Part shown: in pieces, positions 48,162 through 57,272 of the stretch
Layout: every line of letters begins with the position of its first letter
Position numbering within the stretch: position 1 is the stretch's first letter
Source: an uncultured Actinomycetota bacterium
Lineage (GTDB): Bacteria > Actinomycetota > UBA4738 > HRBIN12
NCBI GenBank assembly: GCA_963746335.1
Contig: CAVVAK010000004.1
Coordinates: 530,825 to 594,824, forward strand
DNA length: 64,000 bases
Reading direction: 5' to 3'
The notes under the pieces: generated by a model
The model's input: only the letters and a program-made list of their open reading frames with translations
What the model was told of the DNA's origin: nothing
Databases searched by the model: none
Made by a program: the position numbers and the translations under genes

Positions 48162-49113
48162 TCAGTGGCAAGAACCGCTTCCGCGGTCGGTGAACGTGGG
48201 CTGGCCCTCTGCGGAGATCCACTGATAGACCCATCCGTGGGGCGCAACAGAAAGATCGAGGAACCCGAACGCCTTCGACTGCCCTCGGGCGAAGATCTCG
48301 GGACGCGTGTGGAAGTTCCCGAAGTCGTTGAGATTCCGGCCTCCGGTGCCGACCACGAACTGGGTGAGCCCGCGGTCGGGATCGAAGCGGCCTTGCTGGT
48401 CGGCCGGCTGCCAGCGCGAGTAGTTGTGGTTGTGGCCCGTGAGCACGAGGTCGGCATCGTGTGCGTACAGCAGGTCCCAGAGGGGCTTCGACCTCAAGAG
48501 CTCGTAGTCGTTCGTCCAGTCGGCGTTCTGGTACTTGAGCCAATCCCACCGGGGGTGATGCCAGAACGCGAGCGTACAGAGGGCGTCGCTGTTCTCCAGG
48601 TCCTGGGCCAGCCACGAATGCTGAGGCGACCCGGCAAGGCATGCCAGGCCCCCCGCGCGGCAGATCGTCGAGTCGAGGGACACGATGTGCCATTCCCCCA
48701 GGTCGAAGGAGTAGGAGCTGGCCGGGGCGAGCGCGCCGAAGTAGCGGAAGTAGCCGGCGGCGCCGGGGTCGCCGTACTCATGGTTACCGGGCGCGGGTGC
48801 CGTGGTCGGGAGGAGGTCGCCGAAGTACACGTCGAAGTTCTCGACGAAGTCCTCGTAGATCCCGTACTCGTACTGGATGTCGCCCAGGAGCAGCACCTTG
48901 TCGTAGTTGCCGCGCCCCGATGCCGGCCGCCACGTCGTCGTACTGACACACGCTCCGGTTCATGGCCGGGGGGTTCTTGCACGCGATGTCGCCGACGGCC
49001 GCGATGCCGCGGGATCGTGGTCCCGGCCTGGGCGGACGCGGCTCGATCGAGCGCGCCCACGACACCGCGAGCGCCAGTACGGCCAGCATCGAGACGAGGG
49101 CGGTGCGTCGCAT
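48162..49113 (-). pseudogene. secreted metallophosphoesterase with one +1 frame break near 48908-48915
   Basis: MRRTALVSMLAVLALAVSWA...IAAVGDIACKNPP...QYDDVAAGIGA| then the next frame reads GNYDKVLLLGDIQYEYG...APGNHEYG...LTGHNHNY (calcineurin-like motifs GD, GDxxY, GNHE, GHxH). Confidence 0.7.
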
Positions 49114-49174
49114 CGTGCGGGGACGGTAGCCGGGGCGACCTCCGCCGGTCAATCCGCTCGGGAGGATCCATCGG

Positions 49175-49852
49175 TCAGCGGAGGTCGTCGAGGGCGTCGG
49201 CGATCGGCTTGCGGATCCCCGTGAAGAAGGGGGTCTCCACCTTGGTGAAGAGACGCGTCTTCGAGTCACGCAGCCTCCGGATGCAGTCCACGAGGGCATC
49301 CAGCTCGTCGGTCTCGAAGGCGAGGATCCATTCCCAGTCGCCCAGACCGAAGGCGCTGGTCGTGTTGGCGAGGACCCCCGGGAATTCCCGGCCCAGCACG
49401 CCGTGCTCGGCGAGCAGCTCGCCACGCTCCTGCGCCGGGAGGAGATACCACTCGGGCGTGCGGACGAACGGGTAGACGCAGAGGTACGTGCGAGGGGCCT
49501 CACCTCGTACGAACGCGGGTTGGTGGTCGGGCGTGAACTCGGCGGGCTTCACGAGGCCCATCAACGACGCGACCGGATCCAGGAAGTCGCCGGCGCGGGT
49601 CCGCCGGAACTCGACGACGAACCGCTGGAGATCCTCGGCCGAGCCGGCGGTCAGCCACAGCACGAGATCGGCGTCGGCTCGGAACCCGACCGTCGAATAC
49701 GAACCACGGACGTCCACCCGGCCGGCCCAATCCTTGAACAGGGTCTCGATCTCCTCCGCGGCGTTGCCGAGGGCGTCGTCCTCGAAGAGCTCGGCACGCA
49801 GCTCCGGGCTCGCGGCGAACACGGGGTACAGGGCGTAGATCGTCTCGGTCAT
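49175..49852 (-). CDS. hemQ: coproheme decarboxylase (chlorite-dismutase family, HemQ/ChdC)
   Basis: MTETIYALYPVF...YLCVYPFVRTPEWYLLPAQERGELLAEHG...FGLGDWEWILAFE is the HemQ pattern. ATGA overlap with hemY at 49849-49852. Confidence 0.85.
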   Translation of the reverse strand: MTETIYALYPVFAASPELRAELFEDDALGNAAEEIETLFKDWAGRVDVRGSYSTVGFRADADLVLWLTAGSAEDLQRFVVEFRRTRAGDFLDPVASLMGLVKPAEFTPDHQPAFVRGEAPRTYLCVYPFVRTPEWYLLPAQERGELLAEHGVLGREFPGVLANTTSAFGLGDWEWILAFETDELDALVDCIRRLRDSKTRLFTKVETPFFTGIRKPIADALDDLR

Positions 49853-51201
49853 GCCGGCTCCTTCCGAGGGGCGCCCGCATCTTCGAGCACCTTCGAGGCA
49901 GTCCCTTCGGCGGCGCGGGCGAGGTCCGACACGCCGACCCCGTCGAAGGAGCTCCCGACGAGGACGATACCCGGCGGCAGAGCTTCGCGGATCCGGCGGA
50001 CGCGATCGAGGTGTCCGAGCTCGTACTGAGGCATCGCACGCCACCATCGGTGGACGCGCGACGCCGAGGGCTCAGGGAGATCGAGGACTGCGCTCAGGTG
50101 CCGCGCGCAAGCCTCGACGATGTCCCGGTCCGGCGCGTCGAGCACATCCTCGTCGCCCGCGCCGCCCACGAAGCAGCGCACGATCGCACGGTCCCCGAAG
50201 CGCTCGTCCGGCCACTTCCGGGAGAGGAAGGTGGCGGCGGTCATCGGGGCCTTCCCGCGGGGGACGACGAACCCGGTCCCGTCCGGAAGCGCGTCGGCGG
50301 TCCCGGATGGGTAGGCGAGGAAGACGACGCCGGTCGAGACCGAGCGGATGGCAGAGAGATCCATCGGAGCCGCCTCACCGAGGAGCGCGGCCGCCGCGTC
50401 CGCGCCGCACGCGAGCACCACCGCGTCGACCTGCTCGGACCCGTCGATGAGCCGGACCTCGTGATCGCCGACGCTCGTGACCTCGGCGCCCGTGCGAACA
50501 CGGTCCCCCAGGGCATCGCTGAGGGCGTCGACCAGCTCCCGCATCCCGCCCGAGGGCCGAAGGAACAGTGGCCCGGGTTCGCCGCGTCGCGCAGACCGCT
50601 GCGCCGCCTGCGCGCCGCGGATCAGGCTCCCCTGGGTCTGCTCCCACGCGAGGAGCTCCGGGAAGGTCGCCGACGCCGACAGCCGGTCGACGTCGCCGGC
50701 GTGGAGACCCGCGAGCAGCGGCGCGATCGCCAGGTCGGTGGCTTCGTCGCCGAGCCGGCGACGAAGCAGCTCGCCGAGCGTCTCCTCGTCACCGTCGCGC
50801 CGCTTCCGCTTCACGAGATCCCCGAGAGCCCGAGCCCGTCCCCGCCGCGACAGCCCCGGCCATCGGAGCACGTCGCCCACGTCTCCCGGGATCCCGAAGG
50901 CGGTGCCGCTCAGGTACGGGACCAACCCCGTGTCCGTCCAGAGCGACGCGCCCGAGGCTCCCGGCGCGATCAGCTTCAGCCCGAGCCGGCGGCACAGGTC
51001 GGCGCCCCACGGCTTCCTCGCCGCCAGCGAGTCGGGACCGGGCTCCAGCCAGAGATCACCGACCTCGACCGGAGGAGCGACGATCCCTCCGGAGAAGGCG
51101 GCCCGTTCGAACACCACGGGATCCGCCCCCGCCCGCTCCAGATGGAAGGCGGTGGCGAGTCCGGCGACACCGCCGCCGACGACGGCGATCCGGTCGCTCA
51201 C
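49849..51201 (-). CDS. hemY: protoporphyrinogen/coproporphyrinogen III oxidase (HemY/CgoX)
   Basis: RIAVVGGGVAGLATAFHLERAG (FAD dinucleotide fold), size and operon context. GTG 51201 forms a GTGA overlap with the hemH stop. The longer ORF-track N-terminus overlaps hemH. Confidence 0.85.
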   Translation of the reverse strand: MSDRIAVVGGGVAGLATAFHLERAGADPVVFERAAFSGGIVAPPVEVGDLWLEPGPDSLAARKPWGADLCRRLGLKLIAPGASGASLWTDTGLVPYLSGTAFGIPGDVGDVLRWPGLSRRGRARALGDLVKRKRRDGDEETLGELLRRRLGDEATDLAIAPLLAGLHAGDVDRLSASATFPELLAWEQTQGSLIRGAQAAQRSARRGEPGPLFLRPSGGMRELVDALSDALGDRVRTGAEVTSVGDHEVRLIDGSEQVDAVVLACGADAAAALLGEAAPMDLSAIRSVSTGVVFLAYPSGTADALPDGTGFVVPRGKAPMTAATFLSRKWPDERFGDRAIVRCFVGGAGDEDVLDAPDRDIVEACARHLSAVLDLPEPSASRVHRWWRAMPQYELGHLDRVRRIREALPPGIVLVGSSFDGVGVSDLARAAEGTASKVLEDAGAPRKEPA

Positions 51202-52169
51202 GCCCCCGGCACCTCGGCGAGGTGGTCGCGCACCACCTCGGCGAGCACATCGAGGTACGAGGGTTCGGCGTTCGGCATCTCCGTGCGTGCGAACCGGATC
51301 CCGGCGCCCTCGGCCACGGTCTTCGCCTCGATGTCGAGGTCGTAGAGGATCTCGAGGTGATCGGCCACGAACCCGGCGGAGCACACGACCACGGCGGGGC
51401 GACCCATCGCCGCGGCCTCGAGGATCGCCTCCTCGACCGGCGGGCCCCACCAGGGATCGGGTGTGCGACCCGCGCTCTGCCACGCGATCCCGAAGCGCTC
51501 GAGGCCGAGGGTCGCGGCCACGAGGTCGGCCGTCTCCTGGAGGCCGTCGCGATAGCGGCAGGAGTCGGCACAGTCGCACGTCTTGCATCGGAGCGAACCG
51601 TCCCCCAGGACGCGCGTCGGGAGCGAGTGCGCGGTGAACAGGACCATCGCTTCGTCTCGCTCCTCAGGAGGAAGACCCGCGAGCACATCCGACACCCGTG
51701 TCGCCAAGAACTTCACGAACGACGGGTGCGCGTGGTAGCTGCGGACGAACGAGAACATAGGGCCGTCGCCCAACGCATCCAGCGCGCCGCGGACGCGTTC
51801 CACGTAGGTCTCCACGGACATCCCCGACCAGTGCGGCGCCATCACGATGCCGACCGCCTGCTCGACTCCATCGGCGCGCATCTGCCCCAGGGCGTCGGCG
51901 ATGGACGGGGGCGAGTGCTTCATCCCGAGGTACGCGCGATACACCGTCTCGTGGCCGTTCAGCCGATCGACGAGTCCTTCCGCCTGAGCCCTGGTCGTGT
52001 CCAGCAGCGGGAACACGTTGCCGATCGCCGCGTAGCGGTCCGTGAGCTCCGCGAGATGCTCCGGCGAGGGCGCGCGCCCGCCGCGGATGTCGGTGTAGTA
52101 GCGCTCGATGTCGTCCGGCCCGCTCGCGGTGCCGTACGCCATCACCAACACGCCCACCGGTGCGCTCAC
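51198..52169 (-). CDS. hemH: ferrochelatase (coproporphyrin ferrochelatase type)
   Basis: VGVLVMAYGTASGPDDIERYYTDIRGGR...MKHSPPSI...LFTAHSLP...GFVADHLEILYDLDIE. GTGA overlap with hemE. Confidence 0.9.
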   Translation of the reverse strand: MSAPVGVLVMAYGTASGPDDIERYYTDIRGGRAPSPEHLAELTDRYAAIGNVFPLLDTTRAQAEGLVDRLNGHETVYRAYLGMKHSPPSIADALGQMRADGVEQAVGIVMAPHWSGMSVETYVERVRGALDALGDGPMFSFVRSYHAHPSFVKFLATRVSDVLAGLPPEERDEAMVLFTAHSLPTRVLGDGSLRCKTCDCADSCRYRDGLQETADLVAATLGLERFGIAWQSAGRTPDPWWGPPVEEAILEAAAMGRPAVVVCSAGFVADHLEILYDLDIEAKTVAEGAGIRFARTEMPNAEPSYLDVLAEVVRDHLAEVPGA

Positions 52170-53212
52170 GAGCCCGCCCGTCCCGTCTCCGCGTGGACCA
52201 GGTCCACCAACCGCTGCAGGTTCTCGACCGGCGTGTCGGGGAGCACGCCGTGGCCCAGGTTGAAGACGTGTCCGGGTCCGCCTGCGGCGCGAGCGAGGAC
52301 GTCGCGTGCCTTCCGCTCGACGGCGTCCCAGGGGCCGAGCAGGACCGCGGGATCCAGGTTCCCCTGGATCGCGTGGTCGTGGCCGATCGACGCCCAGGCG
52401 TCATCGAGCGGGACGCGGTGGTCGACGCCGAAGGCGTCGCCCCCCGCGTCGCGCATCAGATCAAGGAGATGGCCGGTCCCCACCCCCGAGTGGATCGCCG
52501 GCACATCCGTGCCGGCGATCCCCTCGAACACCCTCGCCGTGTGAGGGAGCACGAAGCGGCGATAGTCGTCTCGGTCGAGCGTTCCCACCCACGAATCGAA
52601 GAGCTGGACCGCGTGCACGCCGGCGTCCACCTGTGCCCGGAGGTGTGCGACCACGACGTCAGCGAGGGTCCCCATGAGCTCATCGAAGAGGGCGGGGTCC
52701 GCGTACATCATCGCTTTGGTGCGGGCGAAGGTTCGACTGGGCTCCCCTTCGATCAGGTAGCTCGCGAGCGTGAACGGTGCCCCCGAGAACCCGATGAGCG
52801 GCACCTCGAGCTCCTTCACGAGCAACCTGATGGCCTCCGAGACGAACGGTTCGTCCACGTCCGGGTCGAGCCCGCGCAGACGTGCCACGCCGCCGGCATC
52901 GCGGATCGGCTCGTCCATCACGGGACCCCGCCCGGCCTCGATCCGCACTGGCACGCCGATCGCGGCGATCGGGACCATGATGTCGGAGAACAGGATGGCC
53001 GCATCGAGCTGCATGCGCCGGAGCGGCTGCAGCGTCAGCTCGAGCACGTGTTCCGGGCGGCGGCACGTCTCCAGGATGTCCGTGGAGCCGCGGAGCTCCC
53101 GGTACTCGGGCAGGTATCGGCCCGCCTGACGCATGAACCACACGGGGGTGCGGTCCACGGCCTCACGCCTGAGCGCGCGCAACAGAAGGTCGTTCGAAGG
53201 GGTTCCGGTCAC
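52166..53212 (-). CDS. hemE: uroporphyrinogen decarboxylase
   Basis: LLRALRREAVDRTPVWFMRQAGRYLPEYRELR...ILFSDIMVP...FNLGHGV are the URO-D signatures. Confidence 0.92.
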   Translation of the reverse strand: MTGTPSNDLLLRALRREAVDRTPVWFMRQAGRYLPEYRELRGSTDILETCRRPEHVLELTLQPLRRMQLDAAILFSDIMVPIAAIGVPVRIEAGRGPVMDEPIRDAGGVARLRGLDPDVDEPFVSEAIRLLVKELEVPLIGFSGAPFTLASYLIEGEPSRTFARTKAMMYADPALFDELMGTLADVVVAHLRAQVDAGVHAVQLFDSWVGTLDRDDYRRFVLPHTARVFEGIAGTDVPAIHSGVGTGHLLDLMRDAGGDAFGVDHRVPLDDAWASIGHDHAIQGNLDPAVLLGPWDAVERKARDVLARAAGGPGHVFNLGHGVLPDTPVENLQRLVDLVHAETGRAGS

Positions 53213-53216
53213 ACCC

Positions 53217-54803
53217 TCAGGATACGGAGCGTGACGTCGGCGCCGGAGCCTGGCTCTCGGAGCCGACCGCGTCGGCGAGGGCGACTCCGAAGATCGTGCG
53301 GGCCGGCCGCGGGAACCGGATGCGGAACGCGGCGCCGCCTCCCGGTGCCTCCTCGGCTCGGATCGTGCCGCCCATCGCCTCGACGAGCCCCTCGACGACC
53401 GAGAGCCCCAGGCCGAGACCGTGTCCGTTCATCGCGTCGAGGCGCTGGAATCGGTCGAAGACCTTCTCCCGATCCGCCTCCGCGACCCCACGGCCGTCGT
53501 CGAGGACGGAGAGCCAGACGTGCTCGGCCTCGCCGGCGACCTCGATCCTGACCGGAGGACGACCGTACTTGAATGCGTTGTCCACGAGGTTGTCGAGGAT
53601 GCGGCGGAGGTACGCGCGATCGCAGACCACCACAGCCGCGTGCGGCGACGTGACCTGGACCTCTCGATCGAGCAGCTCCTGGTCCGCCGCCGCCTCACGG
53701 ACCACCCTCGTCAGGTCGACCGGCTCCAGCCGACGCGCGGCTTCTCCGCGCTCCAGCTCGGCGGCGACCAACAGATCCTCCAGCATGGTCCCGAGTTGCA
53801 ACGCCGCCAGCTCGACCGTGTCTTCGAGCTCCCGGCGATGCTCCTCCATCTCGGGCTTCCGGGCGGAGGCGATCGCCCCGATGATCGAGGCGATCGGTGC
53901 ACGGAGCTCGTGACTGACCAGCGCGACGAACTGGCTCTTCATGCGGTCGAGATGCGTGAGCTCCTCGACCTGCGACCGCTCGACCTCGTAGAGGCGGGCG
54001 TTCGCGATCGCGGCGGCGGCCTGCTCTGCGAAGAGCGATACCGCGCGGAGGTCGAACTCCGTGAAGACCCGATCGCCGGAGGAGTTCACGTTCAGGACCC
54101 CGAGCAGCTCGTCCCGGTGGACGAGCGGCGCGCTGATGGCACTGTGCACGCCTCGATCGTTCGGCACGAGTCCGGGGAAGTCGCCCGAGTCGGCCTTGCC
54201 CTGCACGAGGAGCGCTTCTCTCGACTCGGCGACGTGGCCCGCGATCCCTTCGCCGAGCAGCACCCGGCGACCGACCGCGAGCTCGTTGCCGTGCGCGCAG
54301 GAGACGACGAGCTCGTCGTTCTCGCGCAACATGACCGAACCGCTGTCGCTGCCCAGCAACTCGATGGCGCTTCCGAGCATCGTGTCCAGGACGACGGAGA
54401 GCTCGAGGACGTCGTTCATGGCCTTCCCCGCTTCGAGCAGCAGCTGCACCTCGCGGAGGCGGTTGGACAGCGCCGTCGTCAACACCCGCTCGTCGATCAG
54501 GAGGCGGGAGAGCTTGCGGAGATGGCGTTCCTTCTCGATCGCGTAGACGCTGAACGCGACGCTCAAGAGGACGATCGCGATCCGCATGACCGGCGTGCCG
54601 GCGAAGACCCGCGTGACGCTCGTCTGCCACGTCGACACGAACACGACGCCGAGCGAGATCGAAACGAGCAGGATCGCGGTGAGGATCCACAGCTGCAGTC
54701 GGCGGCGCTCGACGGCTTCGAGGGAGGGCGTGCGGAAATCGCGCAGGCCGGCCACGCGGGCCTCCTGCCTGATCCGCTCTGCTACGCGCTCGTCATCCGT
54801 CAT
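53217..54803 (-). CDS. membrane sensor histidine kinase with a GAF domain
   Basis: Two N-terminal TM segments. GAF-like SGSVMLRENDELVV...GIAGHVAESREALLV...SAISAPLVHRDELLGVLNV. H-box FVALVSHELRAPI. N/G boxes DNLVDNAFKY, DDGRGV, GHGLGLGLS. Confidence 0.85.
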   Translation of the reverse strand: MTDDERVAERIRQEARVAGLRDFRTPSLEAVERRRLQLWILTAILLVSISLGVVFVSTWQTSVTRVFAGTPVMRIAIVLLSVAFSVYAIEKERHLRKLSRLLIDERVLTTALSNRLREVQLLLEAGKAMNDVLELSVVLDTMLGSAIELLGSDSGSVMLRENDELVVSCAHGNELAVGRRVLLGEGIAGHVAESREALLVQGKADSGDFPGLVPNDRGVHSAISAPLVHRDELLGVLNVNSSGDRVFTEFDLRAVSLFAEQAAAAIANARLYEVERSQVEELTHLDRMKSQFVALVSHELRAPIASIIGAIASARKPEMEEHRRELEDTVELAALQLGTMLEDLLVAAELERGEAARRLEPVDLTRVVREAAADQELLDREVQVTSPHAAVVVCDRAYLRRILDNLVDNAFKYGRPPVRIEVAGEAEHVWLSVLDDGRGVAEADREKVFDRFQRLDAMNGHGLGLGLSVVEGLVEAMGGTIRAEEAPGGGAAFRIRFPRPARTIFGVALADAVGSESQAPAPTSRSVS

Positions 54804-54927
54804 GCATCAGGCTCCCTCACAAGCATCGGAAGGTCCGGCATTGGGATTAAGCACGGAGAACTACCCATCCCGACCGTTTCGAAGGCGGCTGCCACGATCG
54901 GATCCATCATCGCTCGGAGGACGAGCG

Positions 54928-55014
54928 CGGGAGGAGTGGGATTCGAACCCACGAGCGAGTTGCCCCGCTAACGGTTTTCAAGACCGTCGCCTTCGTCCGC
55001 TCGGCCATCCTCCC
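54928..55014 (-). tRNA. tRNA-Ser (anticodon UGA), long variable arm, no encoded CCA
   Basis: The reverse complement reads GGGAGGATGGCCGAGCGGACGAAGGCGACGGTCTTGAAAACCGTTAGCGGGGCAACTCGCTCGTGGGTTCGAATCCCACTCCTCCCG. Acceptor GGGAGGA/TCCTCCC; anticodon stem ACGGT/ACCGT with loop CTTGAAA; T-arm GTGGGTTCGAATCCCAC. Confidence 0.9.
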
Positions 55015-55073
55015 GTAGGGAGGGTACGTCAGGTCTCTGGAGTCCGGACCGCAGGCCAGGGTACGCTTTCCCG

Positions 55074-57272
55074 ATGTCCGACACGCCCGACGATCGACCG
55101 GAGCTCGGGCCGCCGATGGATCCGTTCGCCTCGCGGTTGCGCACCCGCGAGCTCGTCGAACAGCTCCCCGTGGTCGTCTTCGTCGACACCGACGAACTCC
55201 GGTCGGCGACGGTGTACATCAGCCCCAACGCGGAGAAGGTCCTCGGTCATCCGCAGGAGAAGGTGATCGAGAACCCCGGGCTCTGGTACCGGTCGATCCA
55301 TCCTGATGATCGGGATGGATTCTGGCGGAGCTGGGAAGACGCATGGAGGAGAGGAACCCCGTTCCACGCGGAGTACCGGATGCGGCGCCCCGACGGGGAA
55401 GAGGTCTGGGTCCGGGAGTCCAGCGTCCTGGTGCTCAGCGAGTCGGGACACCGGCTGGCGTGGCAAGGGGTGATCGAGGACATCACGGCAGAGAAGCTTT
55501 CCGAGGAGGGCGTTCGCGCCTCGGAGGCCCGCTACCGCGCCCTCATCGAACGGGTGCCCGCGGTCGTCTACGAGATGGACCCCGATGACGAACGCCGAAC
55601 GCTCTACGTCAGTCCGCACGTGGAGCAGGTGCTCGGCTACACGCGAGCGGAATGGCTCGATCAGCCCGACATCTGGATCGAGCTCCTTCACCCCGACGAT
55701 CGAGAGGTCGTCCTTGCCCATCACGACCGGCACAGTCAGACGGGAGAGCCATGGGACGTTGAATACCGCTTGATCGCGAGCGACGGCAGGGTGGTCTGGG
55801 TGCACGATCGCGCGATCCTGATGGGCGGACGCGAGCGTGGGGGTGCCGCCTGGCACGGGGTCATGATCGACATCACGACCGAACACGACGCCAGGGAGAT
55901 GCTGGAGCTCCACAAGGAGGATCTCGAACGACGCGTCGCCGAGCGCACGAACGAGCTGCAAGACGCCAACGAGTTGATGGCCCTCGAGATCGGCGAGCGC
56001 CGACGGATGGAGGACGAAGTTCGGCAGGTGGAGGAGCGGTACCGCCGGCTCGTCGAGAACATGCCCGGCATCGCCTACATCTGGGAAGTGCGTCCGGGTG
56101 TGCCCCGCGCGTTCGGCTACGTGAGTCCTCGACTCCAGGATGTGCTCGGCTTCACGACCGAGGAATGGCAGGCCTCGAACCGCATCCACCCTCACGATCA
56201 AGAACGGGTGGAAGAGGCCCTCGCCCGGAGCTCTCGCTCTGGCGAGTCGTTCCTGATGGAGTACCGCTTCCTCGCGAAGGACGGCAGCGTCGTCTGGGTA
56301 CTCGACCACGCGTCCCTGATCTCGCGGGGCGAGGGTGGGGAGCCCTCGTCGTTCCAAGGGGTGATGCTCGACGTCACGGCGCAGAAGGATGCGGAGTCGA
56401 AAGCGGAAGAGGCAGAGATCCGCTTCCGCACCCTCACCGAACGCGGCCCGGCCGTCATCTACACCTTCCAGCTGGTCTACCGAGAGGGAGACGCGCAACC
56501 ATCCCTCGGTTCGACCTACATCAGCCCCCAGGCGGCCGAGCTCGTTCGCTACCCCGTCGACCACTGGCGCAACAAGGCCGAGATCTGGTTCGAGATGATG
56601 CACCCCGACGATCGCGAGCGCGTCGCGCGACTCACCACAGAACGCACCTGGCGGACCGGCGAGCCCTGGACGATCCGGTACCGGATGATCCGCTCGGACG
56701 GATCAGTGATCTGGCTCCTGGATACGGGCCGGATGCTGGAGCGTGACGAGCTTGGAAGACCATGGGCCTTCCAGGGCATCCTGCTCGACGTGACAGAGGA
56801 CGAGGAGGCGAAAGCACGCCTCGAGGCCTCCGAACGGGACCAGCGGGACGCGCTCGAGGGCGCGCTGGCGATCCCGTGGTCCGAAACCATCGATCCGGAT
56901 ACGGGGTTCGAGCGATACACGTACATCGGGTCGAAGGCGTTCGACATCTTCGGCTACACACCCGAGGAGCTGATGGTCGATCGCAAGCATTTCCCTCGGA
57001 TGGTCCATCCCGACGATCGGGCGCACGTGAGGAAGAACATGTCTCGCTCCAACGACACTGGGATCTGGGAAGACACCTACCGGATCCTCCGGCGTGACGG
57101 GGGGATCCGATGGATCCATTCCTTCGGTCGTCGGGTCACCCCGGCGGGTTTGACCCCGGAGGTATGGCACGGCGTCGCGGTCGACGTGACCGCCACCCAC
57201 GCGGAGCCGGAGACACGGCACGGGGCTCAGGAAAGGGATCGGCGCTCGTCCGTCGAGAACCCGGCGCGCTAG
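55074..57272 (+). CDS. multi-PAS protein (five tandem PAS/PAC modules plus a coiled coil); no recognisable output domain
   Basis: Five repeats of the pattern ..Y(V/I)SP....(V/L)LG(Y/H/F)..EE......W...(I/L)HPDDR......... ..EYR(M/L/F)...DG..(V/I)W(V/L).D. The segment RRVAERTNELQDANELMALEIGERRRMEDEVR is coiled-coil-like. Confidence 0.8.
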   Translation: MSDTPDDRPELGPPMDPFASRLRTRELVEQLPVVVFVDTDELRSATVYISPNAEKVLGHPQEKVIENPGLWYRSIHPDDRDGFWRSWEDAWRRGTPFHAEYRMRRPDGEEVWVRESSVLVLSESGHRLAWQGVIEDITAEKLSEEGVRASEARYRALIERVPAVVYEMDPDDERRTLYVSPHVEQVLGYTRAEWLDQPDIWIELLHPDDREVVLAHHDRHSQTGEPWDVEYRLIASDGRVVWVHDRAILMGGRERGGAAWHGVMIDITTEHDAREMLELHKEDLERRVAERTNELQDANELMALEIGERRRMEDEVRQVEERYRRLVENMPGIAYIWEVRPGVPRAFGYVSPRLQDVLGFTTEEWQASNRIHPHDQERVEEALARSSRSGESFLMEYRFLAKDGSVVWVLDHASLISRGEGGEPSSFQGVMLDVTAQKDAESKAEEAEIRFRTLTERGPAVIYTFQLVYREGDAQPSLGSTYISPQAAELVRYPVDHWRNKAEIWFEMMHPDDRERVARLTTERTWRTGEPWTIRYRMIRSDGSVIWLLDTGRMLERDELGRPWAFQGILLDVTEDEEAKARLEASERDQRDALEGALAIPWSETIDPDTGFERYTYIGSKAFDIFGYTPEELMVDRKHFPRMVHPDDRAHVRKNMSRSNDTGIWEDTYRILRRDGGIRWIHSFGRRVTPAGLTPEVWHGVAVDVTATHAEPETRHGAQERDRRSSVENPAR

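Noticed and set aside
47228-48457. A 409-aa minus-strand ORF as a single large protein.
   Set aside because: Only its middle part (from MKKLLAALAV..., lipobox) is protein-like. The N-terminal 110 aa are overlap sequence, and the C-terminal part is an out-of-frame read-through after the frame break. The real C-terminus is in ORF 47266..47691.
19650-49113. Programmed +1 ribosomal frameshifting as the explanation for the frame breaks.
   Set aside because: The break sites share no common slippery or rare-codon context, apart from two CGGCCATC sites in one gene. They hit unrelated gene families. One gene would need four events. Technical insertion errors or decay are simpler explanations.
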